Notes under the pieces: model-generated
Databases searched by the model: none
What the model was told of the DNA's origin: nothing
The model's input: the letters and a program-made list of their open reading frames with translations, nothing else
Shown here: in pieces, positions 18,041 to 25,908 of the stretch
Position numbering within the stretch: the stretch's first letter is position 1
How the letters are laid out: every line of letters starts with the position of its first letter
Program-made: the position numbers and the translations under genes
Virus record (IMG/VR): IMGVR_UViG_3300045988_174371
Span: 128,001 to 192,000 of that record
Direction: 5' to 3' (one strand)
DNA: 64,000 nucleotides
Source of the DNA: a virus

Positions 18041-18388
18041 TTAGAGGTTCTTAGTCAGCTCCTTACCAAGCTTGATGGTGTCGATAATCAGCTTTTCGTT
18101 ATCGAATACATACTTGAGTTGCCAGGGCGAAATCTCGAAGCCGTACTCAGTATGGGGGCGCAAAGTGTCGGAAAGAAGCGCTTGCACCTGGTAACCCTTA
18201 TAGGTGTTGTATGCCTTGAGTCGGATTGCCAGCGGCTTGTTCGGGTCGTTGATGTACTCAGCCTTAGCGGGCATGATGGGTTCTTTCACCTTTGCCTGGT
18301 AAGCGTCGGACTCCATGAAGGAGTTAATCTCCTTGAGGTACTGCTGAAGCTTTGCAACTGCTTCGTCGTAGTTCTTGTTGAAGTCCAT
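18041..18388 (-). CDS. small helical protein (115 aa)
   Basis: Trimmed to the ATG at 18388 behind CCGAAAGG. Confidence 0.65.
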   Translation of the reverse strand: MDFNKNYDEAVAKLQQYLKEINSFMESDAYQAKVKEPIMPAKAEYINDPNKPLAIRLKAYNTYKGYQVQALLSDTLRPHTEYGFEISPWQLKYVFDNEKLIIDTIKLGKELTKNL

Positions 18389-18421
18389 GATGGCAACCTT
18401 TCGGTCTAGGGAGAAACGGTC

Positions 18422-18457
18422 TGTAGCTTTTCTCTGGAAGCTCTCTTCCTCGCTACA
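18422..18457 (-). promoter_or_regulatory. 5' leader stem-loop
   Basis: Outer stem TGTAGC/GCTACA, inner GGAAG-AGAG-CTTCC. Confidence 0.5.
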
Positions 18458-18462
18458 TTTAT

Positions 18463-18492
18463 AGTCTAACACATATTTCAGACCGTCTGCAA
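18463..18492 (-). promoter_or_regulatory. cassette-family promoter
   Basis: TTGCAG, 18 nt, (TGTGT)TAGACT. Confidence 0.6.
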
Positions 18493-18776
18493 ATCGAATA
18501 TGGGTGAAGTACATCACATCCCATCAATGCACCCCACCCACACCTCATGACAGTAAAGGGCAAGAGCGCTACCCTAGCGCTCGCAAACCTATACAGCAAG
18601 GTAAGCAACCAGTAGTCACTGTAAGCCAGCGGCTCGCTACGGCAACTAACCTGCGGATAGCAAGCGCCCGCCATGCCGCCCAATAACCATTCCTGCACAC
18701 ATAAGCAAAGCGGGCGGGCAATCAGTGGAACACTCCATCTGATTACCCGCCCGGCTATTACCAAGCGCGTTACATG

Positions 18777-19163
18777 CTACATCCCAAAGTCGAAAGGCAT
18801 ACTGAGGGCAAACTCATACGTAGCCGTACCATTAAATACCTCAGGGGCACCAATAGGCTTATCACCCATTGCTCGAACAATTGCATCACTGATGCACAGA
18901 GCCACCTGACGCACAGCAGGGGAGTACAGAACGAACTCCACAGAAGGCTTAACGTCACCCTCCACCTGCACACCCTCGCCATCATCAACAGCGGGTGACT
19001 CTTCAATGGAGAACTTTACAACCCAGCTACCATACTCATTCGGAGCTTCAACCTGTTCTACCTGAACATCCTTAACGCTGAACTTGCTACCCTTCCAGAA
19101 GTTGCTAGACTCAGCGGGAAGGTCAGTAACAGACTTGAACTTGTGCCAAGAGGTGAGAAACAT
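18777..19163 (-). CDS. small acidic protein (128 aa)
   Basis: Trimmed to the ATG at 19163 behind AAGGAG. Confidence 0.6.
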   Translation of the reverse strand: MFLTSWHKFKSVTDLPAESSNFWKGSKFSVKDVQVEQVEAPNEYGSWVVKFSIEESPAVDDGEGVQVEGDVKPSVEFVLYSPAVRQVALCISDAIVRAMGDKPIGAPEVFNGTATYEFALSMPFDFGM

Positions 19164-19219
19164 GAAAAGCTCCTTAGGTGAACAAGCGGGCGATAGTACC
19201 CAAAAACGATTACACGTAT

Positions 19220-19249
19220 AGTCTAGCACATATTTCAGACCGTATGCAA
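19220..19249 (-). promoter_or_regulatory. cassette-family promoter
   Basis: TTGCAT, 18 nt, (TGTGC)TAGACT. Confidence 0.6.
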
Positions 19250-19500
19250 GTCGAATAGGGGTGAGGTGGGACACACTCGTATTCTATCCGCACATGGCGC
19301 TCGCATATAGCCGCCGCACACACGCGCTCACATGTCCCTCACCAGCAACCGGAAGCACCTCAATAAGCCACCCCTTAGCTCACGCGATAGTAGCCGCCGC
19401 GCAGGTAAGCCACCCTACACTCCAGCCATTGCGCATATTGCACAGCTGGACATAAAAGAGAGGGGGTAGAGGCTTGTGACACCCCTACCCCTCAATGGGA

Positions 19501-19902
19501 TTACTTGCCGAACTGTTCGTTATCGGCTTCAATGTCCTTACGACACTCTTCCAGTCGTCGCGTCAGACTATCGCTCTTATCGACAGTGTGCAAGGCGAAA
19601 GCGAACTCCTTTGCGCTAACGTCAGCGGCACGCATCTCATTAAGCAGATGCAGAGCATACACACGAGCACTCATCGCCTCAGAAGCAAGAACATGCAGGT
19701 ATGCAACGCGGTCAGCCTTACGGTCATTGCGGGCAAACACAATCGGCTCTACCGGCTCATACGACTCAGCAAGAAACAGCTTAACCTGAGAGTCGAGGTC
19801 AGCCTCAGCCGCCAGCTCATCAGCAAGGGCGCGAGCCTCACGCTCAACAGTGGCGAAAGTATTCAGAACTTCCTCTGCACGTTCCATAAGTTCACGAAGC
19901 AT
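19501..19902 (-). CDS. helical protein, paralogue of 15603..15995 (133 aa)
   Basis: Trimmed to the ATG at 19902 behind CCGAAAGG. Confidence 0.65.
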   Translation of the reverse strand: MLRELMERAEEVLNTFATVEREARALADELAAEADLDSQVKLFLAESYEPVEPIVFARNDRKADRVAYLHVLASEAMSARVYALHLLNEMRAADVSAKEFAFALHTVDKSDSLTRRLEECRKDIEADNEQFGK

Positions 19903-19935
19903 TGCAGGCAACCTTTCGGTAGTAAGTAAATGGTC

Positions 19936-19968
19936 TGTAGCTCTTCCAGAGGCTCCCCTCTCGCTACA
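19936..19968 (-). promoter_or_regulatory. 5' leader stem-loop (covarying inner stem)
   Basis: Outer stem TGTAGC/GCTACA. Inner stem AGAGG/CCTCT replaces GGAAG/CTTCC. Confidence 0.5.
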
Positions 19969-19973
19969 CTTAT

Positions 19974-20003
19974 AGTCTATCACAGATTTTAAATGCCATA
20001 TAA
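19974..20003 (-). promoter_or_regulatory. cassette-family promoter
   Basis: TTATAT, 18 nt, (TGTGA)TAGACT. Confidence 0.5.
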
Positions 20004-20228
20004 GCTGAATATGTGTGAGGTGAGACACATGGCGGCTAATCAGTTGCCCGCCAGGTGGCACTCACCCAATCAAGAGTAAGAAGAACGCAAGCATCACTAC
20101 CAGCATACCCAGTAGCAACCACCCCAGAATTAGCGCTCGCAAACCACCCACTAAACAGCCACAGCCAGCCCAGCGAACAGCACCCACAGACACACACTCA
20201 CAGGTCACATAGAGACACAAGGTAGACA

Positions 20229-20280
20229 GCTAAAGCCGCAAAGCAACCCCCTGCATGAGGGCTACCCTACGGCTTTAGCT
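20229..20280 (-). terminator. hairpin terminator of 20295..20693
   Basis: agctaaagccg pairs with cggctttagct, with an inner stem. Confidence 0.5.
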
Positions 20281-20294
20281 CAGAGCACTTCACT

Positions 20295-20693
20295 CTAGAC
20301 AGTAGCGAACGTCACGGTCTGCTTAAAGACTGGAACCCCGCCCTCAAACTCCACAAGAGCCTGACCCTGCGCTACGCGGTTACGCATCACGACCTTAAAC
20401 TCATCCACCATACGGCGCATAAGAACCTCACTCAGAGCAACATCACCCTCAACATCGACACTCATGGTCACACGACCAATCAGCCAACCATCATCACCAG
20501 GCTCCTTAGTCGAGTCAGTTGCCACCACCCCGTAAGTAACATGAGCCTCTTCACCTGAATCCCAGGAGACAAACTCAAGGCTCATCTTAGAAGAAGCCCA
20601 AGCCTCAATGTCGCCCATGTGGGCGGTACTGGTAGCGGTAAAGGGAAGGTTAGTGTAAGTGTAGGGCTTCATCACCTTAACAGTGCAGGACAT
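20295..20693 (-). CDS. hypothetical protein (132 aa), G/V-enriched
   Basis: Trimmed to the ATG at 20693 behind GAGGAG. It lies in the A/C-rich (plus-strand) zone. Confidence 0.55.
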   Translation of the reverse strand: MSCTVKVMKPYTYTNLPFTATSTAHMGDIEAWASSKMSLEFVSWDSGEEAHVTYGVVATDSTKEPGDDGWLIGRVTMSVDVEGDVALSEVLMRRMVDEFKVVMRNRVAQGQALVEFEGGVPVFKQTVTFATV

Positions 20694-20761
20694 TGTGCAA
20701 CTCCTCAAATCCTCAAACATGCGTATTAGCTTTGCGGGGAACATCCCCGATTGAACAATTT

Positions 20762-20791
20762 AATTATACCACAGATTCAGACAGGGGCGCA
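20762..20791 (-). promoter_or_regulatory. cassette-family promoter
   Basis: TTGCGC, 18 nt, (TGTGG)TATAAT. Confidence 0.6.
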
Positions 20792-21010
20792 AGCTATAGT
20801 GTGTGGCTTGCCCCAACAGAAACAAAAGATGGGCATGGGCGCCCTTCAAGCACTCACACCCATCACCACATTTAGCGAAGCAACCAACAAGCAACCACCA
20901 CTAAGACATAGCCACCCAAGAGAGCGCTCGCCATCAACTACAAGAGGAGTCACCCAAACCTAGTAGCCGGAGGCTCCCATACGCTACCCCATAGGCGGCA
21001 AACCTCACCC

Positions 21011-22090
21011 CTAGATAGTGAACCCCAGCTCACGATAGAAGCCCACCAACTGCTCACGCAACCACCGAACATACCCGACACTCTTCTCAATATCGAACAG
21101 CAGGTCAGCAGTAGCCGCCATCAGCACACCACGACACCTAGCATAATCATCAGCCCAACAGTAACGGTTACCATCAAGTTCCTCACGAGCAGGCAGGCAC
21201 TCAGGCTTACCCTCACCAGCACAGAACATGTCAAGGAAAATCTCTTGCAACGCATCAGGAAGAGAAACACCCTCATACTTGCTCGACTCAAGGTAAGAGT
21301 CAATATCCTCAAAAGAGCTAACAGGTAGAAGCTTCACAGTATCCGCATCAATCCAAAGGTCATCGTCACCAACCATAACCCGCAGATAAACACAGCCCCT
21401 GTCAGTATCATAAATAAGCCCCTCACGGTCACTCACACCACCAGAGCCACCATAAAGAACAACCCCAGTCTTATGCTTATTATCAACAACCTTAAAATAG
21501 CCATGCCCCTCATATTTACGCTGGAACTGATAGATACCACCAACTACAAGCTTAACACCAGCCCACTTGCGGTACTCACGGTACTCGTCCAAATCAGGCT
21601 CAACCCAAGACCTGTCCTGATACTTCAACCAGCCCGCGTAAAAATCCTCAAAAGCCCGCAGACACTCCATACGCTTACCCTCAACCCACGCGCTCGCCTC
21701 AACCAAAGAAGCCTCAACCTCACCCAGCCACCTAACAACAGCATCAACAGGCTCACGGTCAGTTAGTGACAACGCACCCACGCCCTTTGGGTAAGCAAAC
21801 CTACTCAAAGCCCTAGCACTATCACCCGGCGAAAACACAGCCGCACTCAAACGCTTTAGGCGACTCTCACGGTTAAACCACACCAACGCCTCAGCGTCAG
21901 ACGCATCAACCCCCAAGGGAACAACACCAGCCGAAACAGGGACACCCACACGTACCTCACCATCACCAGCAACACCAGACACAGCGAAAGACTCACCCTC
22001 ACGCGAACGCTCCACAATAACCGACTCCACATGCAGAACACCCACAGCGGTAGACACAACATCACCAGGAGAAACAGACACAACAGACAT
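21011..22090 (-). CDS. mosaic-family protein, skew-zone member (359 aa)
   Basis: Same length as 13233..14312. Shared blocks: WFNRESRLK, AWVEGKRMECLRAFED, GGIYQF, VKLLPVSSFEDIDSYL. The rest is strongly G/V/A/S-enriched. Confidence 0.7.
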   Translation of the reverse strand: MSVVSVSPGDVVSTAVGVLHVESVIVERSREGESFAVSGVAGDGEVRVGVPVSAGVVPLGVDASDAEALVWFNRESRLKRLSAAVFSPGDSARALSRFAYPKGVGALSLTDREPVDAVVRWLGEVEASLVEASAWVEGKRMECLRAFEDFYAGWLKYQDRSWVEPDLDEYREYRKWAGVKLVVGGIYQFQRKYEGHGYFKVVDNKHKTGVVLYGGSGGVSDREGLIYDTDRGCVYLRVMVGDDDLWIDADTVKLLPVSSFEDIDSYLESSKYEGVSLPDALQEIFLDMFCAGEGKPECLPAREELDGNRYCWADDYARCRGVLMAATADLLFDIEKSVGYVRWLREQLVGFYRELGFTI

Positions 22091-22289
22091 AACGAAAAAC
22101 CTCTTTCAAAAACTCAACAAGACAAGCAGGCAGAACACCCACCCACAGAACACAGAACGCAGGGCGCTCGCACAGACATAAGGCGCTCACCAAAGCAAGC
22201 ACCCACCCACCTAAGCAAGCAGACAGGTAGGAAAAAGGAAGGACGGAAACCCCTAATAGGAACCCGCCACTCCCGCAAGACACCACTAA

Positions 22290-22424
22290 CTAACCAAACA
22301 CGCGCTCACGCGCATAAGATACCACCTCTTCCACAGCGTTCAAAATCTCCAGAGCCAGCGCCTCATCATCCTTAGCAACAACCTCAGCCCAATCAGAGGC
22401 AAAAGAAGACGCAAGGTCACGCAA
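22290..22424 (-). CDS. possible small ORF (44 aa, TTG start)
   Basis: Hand translation gives MRDLASSFASDWAEVVAKDDEALALEILNAVEEVVSYARERVFG. It abuts the stop of 22426..22635 and is below the track cutoff. Confidence 0.3.
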   Translation of the reverse strand: MRDLASSFASDWAEVVAKDDEALALEILNAVEEVVSYARERVFG

Positions 22425-22425
22425 C

Positions 22426-22635
22426 TCAGCCTATCGCCCTAGACAAGTCATACACCTTCTTGTCCAGCGCGATAGGCTGAGCGGACGTAGCGCTCGCATC
22501 AAACGCCGCCAAATCCAAAACAGCCGCCTTCACGAAACTACCAGTGCCAAACAAGGCACCAACCTCAGACAAAGAATATACCAACAAAGCGTAAGTGTTC
22601 TTAGCCTTAACCTGAGTCTCAACACTAAAAGCCAT
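22426..22635 (-). CDS. small protein (69 aa)
   Basis: Trimmed to the ATG at 22635 behind GGAGGG. Confidence 0.5.
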   Translation of the reverse strand: MAFSVETQVKAKNTYALLVYSLSEVGALFGTGSFVKAAVLDLAAFDASATSAQPIALDKKVYDLSRAIG

Positions 22636-22711
22636 AACTAACAATCCCTCCAAAGGAACAAAATAAGAAACGACAGCAGGTAACGATTACCCACCAGATG
22701 ATTACCCTATA

Positions 22712-22741
22712 ACTATACCACAGAAAACAGGTGGTGTACAG
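22712..22741 (-). promoter_or_regulatory. cassette-family promoter (weak -35)
   Basis: TTTCTGTGG-TATAGT. Confidence 0.45.
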
Positions 22742-22935
22742 ACCGTCCACCAATACCACACCAGAAACAGAGACCCACGCCCCAACAACAGGGACACATA
22801 GACGAATAGACGATAGGAATAACAACCACACCCCATGAACCATCCACAGAAGGCAACTCACCACCCCCACACCCGACCATCAACCCACCAAAACGCGCTC
22901 GCACCCACACCACAACCCCAAAAACAACCCCTAGA

Positions 22936-22950
22936 GGTTGATTTTCAACC
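22936..22950. repeat. palindrome GGTTGA-TTT-TCAACC (copy 1)
   Basis: Perfect 6-bp arms. It is a G/T-containing island in otherwise A/C-only sequence. Confidence 0.8.
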
Positions 22951-23182
22951 CCTAAAAACAGAAACTTGCACCAAAGTGCATAACGCACTGACAAGGACAA
23001 ACATTGCCTTCCCCCACATACCGAAACACCCCGAAACCCACCCCACACCAAACACACCCCGCACCACCCCCAAAAACCCCGAAAAACAGCCATATGCACC
23101 CCGCACCAGCCCACCCAGGCACCCAAAACGCCGACACAGACCCCAAAACAGCACTAAACCCACCCCAAAAACAACCCCTAGA

Positions 23183-23197
23183 GGTTGATTTTCAACC
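23183..23197. repeat. palindrome GGTTGA-TTT-TCAACC (copy 2)
   Basis: Identical to copy 1, 247 bp downstream. Confidence 0.8.
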
Positions 23198-23305
23198 CAC
23201 AAACAGCCACCCACCCCGAAAAACACAAAACGCACCGACAAGGGCAAACATTACCCTCCCCCACATACCCAAACACCCCGAAACCCACCCCGCACCAAAC
23301 ACACC

Positions 23306-23346
23306 GAAAAGAAAACGAAAAAAGGAGAGCGGAAAAGAAAAAAGAA
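23306..23346 (+). other. polypurine tract (39 of 41 nt purine)
   Basis: gaaaagaaaacgaaaaaaggagagcggaaaagaaaaaagaa. Confidence 0.8.
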
Positions 23347-23399
23347 CACCCCACCGCGTGAGCAACGTGACCCGCACCACACCCGGCACCCCGCCCACC

Positions 23400-23575
23400 A
23401 CCTCGCCGCCTACCACTACCCATCCCTACACTTACCACCTCTAGCCCTACTGCCCTACTACTACCCGTATCCCCGTGCATCATTATGTTACCCGTCTAGT
23501 TAGTTAGTGTCCCTACCGTCCCTCTAGCTTGTTGGTGTATCTAGCCTTATCCCTTTGCCTTTACCTTTATTGCTT
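23400..23575. other. pyrimidine-rich switch tract with CCCTAC x4 and CTAG x4
   Basis: CCCTAC at 23424, 23445, 23453 and 23511. CTAG at 23441, 23496, 23524 and 23541. Composition changes A/C, then C/T, then G/T. Confidence 0.75.
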
Positions 23576-24129
23576 GGTGTGTGGTTCCCCTTGTTTCTAG
23601 CTTGTGTGTCTCTTATGGTGGTGTGTCTGTGTGTTGTCTCTGTTGTGCCTCTCTCTTTCTCTCTGTATGTGGTCTGTTGGTTACTGCGTTCTTCTGTCTT
23701 GGGTGTGTGTGTTCCTGGTGTCTTTCTTCTATGTGTGTCTCTGCGTGTGCCGTGTATGTCTTATGTGTCTTGTTTGTCTGTGTTGGTTGGTATTGTTGCC
23801 CTGGGTGTCTGTGTCTGCTTTCTTTGCTGGGTGTGTTCCTGGTGTTTAGCTTGTTGGTGGTCTGTGTGTCTCTTGTGTCTGTGTCTTAGGTCTGTGTTAG
23901 TGTGTTTTGTTTTTCTTCTTTTCTGTTTTTCTTTTGTGTTGTTGTGTGTGAGCCCAGGTTCTGTGTGTGGTTCTGGGTTTGTGGCGGTTTGTTTTTGGGG
24001 GTTTGCTTGGGTGGGCTGGGGTTTGGGGTTGTTGGTTTTTGGGTTTGGGGTGGGGGTTTTGTTTTGTGGGGTGGTTGTTGGTGGTGTTGTTTTTTTGGGG
24101 GTGTTCTGGGTGGGTGGTGGTTTGTGGGC

Positions 24130-24135
24130 TATACT
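24130..24135 (+). promoter_or_regulatory. possible -10 (TATACT) for the Gly/Val-rich ORF
   Basis: The only four A residues in 24061-24213 are at 24131, 24133 and 24139 (in or beside TATACT) and at 24171 (in GGAG). Confidence 0.35.
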
Positions 24136-24179
24136 GTTATTGTTGTTCTTGTTGTTGTTTTTCTGTTTGGAGTGTGGTT

Positions 24180-25889
24180 TTGGTGGTTGTTGGGCGTGGT
24201 GTTGTTGTTGGTGAGGGTGTTTCTTTTTCGTCTTCTGGTGTTGGGGGGTTGTTGTCTTCTGGTGTGTCTGGGTCGGTGTGTGGTGTTTGGGTTCCTGGTG
24301 GTGTTGGTGTTGATGTGGTGTCTTCTGGTGTGTTTGCGGGTTTGTTGGGTGCTGGTGGTGTGGGTGCTTCTTCTTTGGGGGGTGGGGTTGGTGTGTCTGT
24401 TGGTTGGGGTTCTGGTTCGGGGTTTGTGGATGGTGGGGGTTTTGGGTCTGTTGGTGTTGGTGGTGGGTTTGTTGAGGGGTTTTGGGGTTCTGGTTCGGGG
24501 TTTGTGGAGCCTTCACCTGTGGGTGCGGGTGTTGGTGGTGTGCCTGTGGCGGAGGGTGTGCCTTCTTTGGGGTCTGACGGGGCTTCTGCGGGGGTTTTAG
24601 ATGTTTCTGGTATGGTTTTGCCTTCTTCTGGTTTTGGTGGCTCTGAGGGGCGTTTTGGGGTTGTGGGTGGTTCTGGTGTGAGGTTTGGTTCGTCGCCTGG
24701 GTTTGGTGGTTCTTTTGGTGGGGTTGATGGGTTGTTGGGGGTGTTGGGGTGTTCGCCTGTGGGGTTCTTTCCTGTGTCGGGGGTGTGTGGTGTTGGCGGT
24801 GTTGTGGATGGTGGTTGGGTTGGTGGTGTTGATTTTTCGGGGGTTGGTGTGTCTGGGTTTGGGGGTGTTGGGGTTGGGTCTGGTGATTTTGTGGGTGGTT
24901 CTGGTGTGAGTGTTTCTGTGCCGTGGTTGGTGTCTGGTTTGTCGGGGTTGGATGTTTTGGGGTCTGTGGGGTTTGGTGTGTCTGGGTTTGGGGTTGGTGT
25001 GTCTGCCGTGGTTGGTGTGTTTGGTTTGCCGGTGGGGGTTGGTGTGTCTGATGTTGGTGGGTTGGGTGGTTGGTGGGGGTTGTCGTCTGCTGGGTTGGGT
25101 GTTTTGGGTGGTGGGGGTTTTGGGTCTGGTTTGGGGCGTGTTTTGGGGGTTGGCGGTTTGGGTTCTGGTGGTTTTGTGCCTGGTGTTTCGGGGTTGGGTG
25201 ATGGTGGTGGGGTTGTTGGGTCTGGTGTTGGGGCTGTGGTTGATGTGGATGGGTGGTTGTGGCGTTCGCTTGTTTTTGGGGCGGGGTTGGTTCCTGCTGG
25301 GTTTGAGGGTGTTTCTGGGGTTGGTGTTGGTGCTGTTGGTGGTGTGTCTGGTGGTGCTGTTGAGGGTGGCTTGTGTGGTGTGGGTGGTGTTTCTGGTGTT
25401 TTTGGTGGTGGGGCTGTTTATGGTGGGTGTCCTGTTGGGTTGAGGGTTGGTGTTTTGGGTTCTGCTGGGTCTGTGGGTGATGTGGTTGATGGTTTGTCTG
25501 GTGTTGGTGGTGTTTTGGGGTTGAGGGGTGTTTGTCCGGTGTTTGGGCGTGTTGCTGGGTTGGGGTCTGGTGTGTTGTGGGAGTTGTTGCGTGGTGGTTT
25601 GGTTGGTGTTTTGGGTTCTGTTGGTGGGCGTGTTTTGTCTGGTGTGGTTGGTTCGGTGTTGTCTGGGCGTGGTGGTGTTGATGGTGGTTTGGGTTTGGGG
25701 TTTGTGGCTGGTAGTGAGGGGTTTGGTTCGCCGGTGGGTGAGGTTGTTGGTGGTGGTGGTTCTGCTGGGTTGCTTGGTCGTTCTGGTTGGGGTGGTGTTT
25801 GTGGTGGTTGGGTTGATGTGCCGGTTGGTTCGCCGGTGTTGGGGTTGGGTGTTTCGGTGAGTGAGGTGGTGGCTGTTTTGGGTGGGTAG
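24180..25889 (+). CDS. possible Gly/Val/Ser/Leu-rich low-complexity protein (about 569 aa; start uncertain)
   Basis: Frame open for 1.9 kb. It shows codon phase (G-rich position 1, T-rich position 3) and the rare A sits mostly in GAT/GAG codons. GGAG at 24169-24172 lies 7-10 nt before TTG 24180 or GTG 24183. A hairpin follows the stop. Caveat: A-poor DNA is stop-poor in every frame. Confidence 0.4.
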   Translation: MVVVGRGVVVGEGVSFSSSGVGGLLSSGVSGSVCGVWVPGGVGVDVVSSGVFAGLLGAGGVGASSLGGGVGVSVGWGSGSGFVDGGGFGSVGVGGGFVEGFWGSGSGFVEPSPVGAGVGGVPVAEGVPSLGSDGASAGVLDVSGMVLPSSGFGGSEGRFGVVGGSGVRFGSSPGFGGSFGGVDGLLGVLGCSPVGFFPVSGVCGVGGVVDGGWVGGVDFSGVGVSGFGGVGVGSGDFVGGSGVSVSVPWLVSGLSGLDVLGSVGFGVSGFGVGVSAVVGVFGLPVGVGVSDVGGLGGWWGLSSAGLGVLGGGGFGSGLGRVLGVGGLGSGGFVPGVSGLGDGGGVVGSGVGAVVDVDGWLWRSLVFGAGLVPAGFEGVSGVGVGAVGGVSGGAVEGGLCGVGGVSGVFGGGAVYGGCPVGLRVGVLGSAGSVGDVVDGLSGVGGVLGLRGVCPVFGRVAGLGSGVLWELLRGGLVGVLGSVGGRVLSGVVGSVLSGRGGVDGGLGLGFVAGSEGFGSPVGEVVGGGGSAGLLGRSGWGGVCGGWVDVPVGSPVLGLGVSVSEVVAVLGG

Positions 25890-25908
25890 TGTGTTGTGGG
25901 TGGTGTAG

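Larger units (their letters stand above)
22917..23310. repeat. imperfect tandem direct repeat, 2 units, period about 247 bp
   Basis: ccccaaaaacaacccctagaggttgattttcaaccc occurs at 22917 and 23163. The block cgcac(t/c)gacaagg(a/g)caaacatt(g/a)cc(t/c)tcccccacatacc(g/c)aaacaccccgaaacccacccc occurs at 22984 and 23231. Confidence 0.8.

Noticed and set aside
8395-20061. Shared N-terminal peptide ...THIRL..LKYVLDYKCSEEE... in track ORFs 8068..8595, 14931..15533, 18041..18517, 18777..19274 and 19501..20061. It looks like a conserved protein domain.
   Set aside because: It is the in-frame translation of the conserved promoter and leader cassette (TTAGACTATAAATGTAGCGAGGAAGAG). In each case a downstream ATG with a GAAAGG SD is the real start.
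22917-23310. The tandem repeats might be a CRISPR array.
   Set aside because: There are only two units with a period of about 247 bp, no short repeat-spacer periodicity and no cas genes.
22600-24400. Hairpin-telomere or terminal-inverted-repeat junction, with the left flank as the reverse complement of the right flank.
   Set aside because: The compositional mirror symmetry is not sequence symmetry. The complement of the left-flank repeat (gggttgaaaatcaacc...) is not present on the right side. Joined linear ends of another kind cannot be excluded.
22625-25860. Many long overlapping ORFs on both strands. Examples: 22713..23126, 22835..23188, 23004..23444, 23555..24214, 23761..24516 (-, 251 aa, Q/H/P/T-rich), 23902..24600, 24910..25443, 25528..25860.
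   Set aside because: Stop codons need A on the plus strand and T on the minus strand, and both are nearly absent here. Open frames therefore arise in every phase. The products are pure low-complexity strings. Only the longest plus frame shows some phase and signal evidence, and even that one is low confidence.
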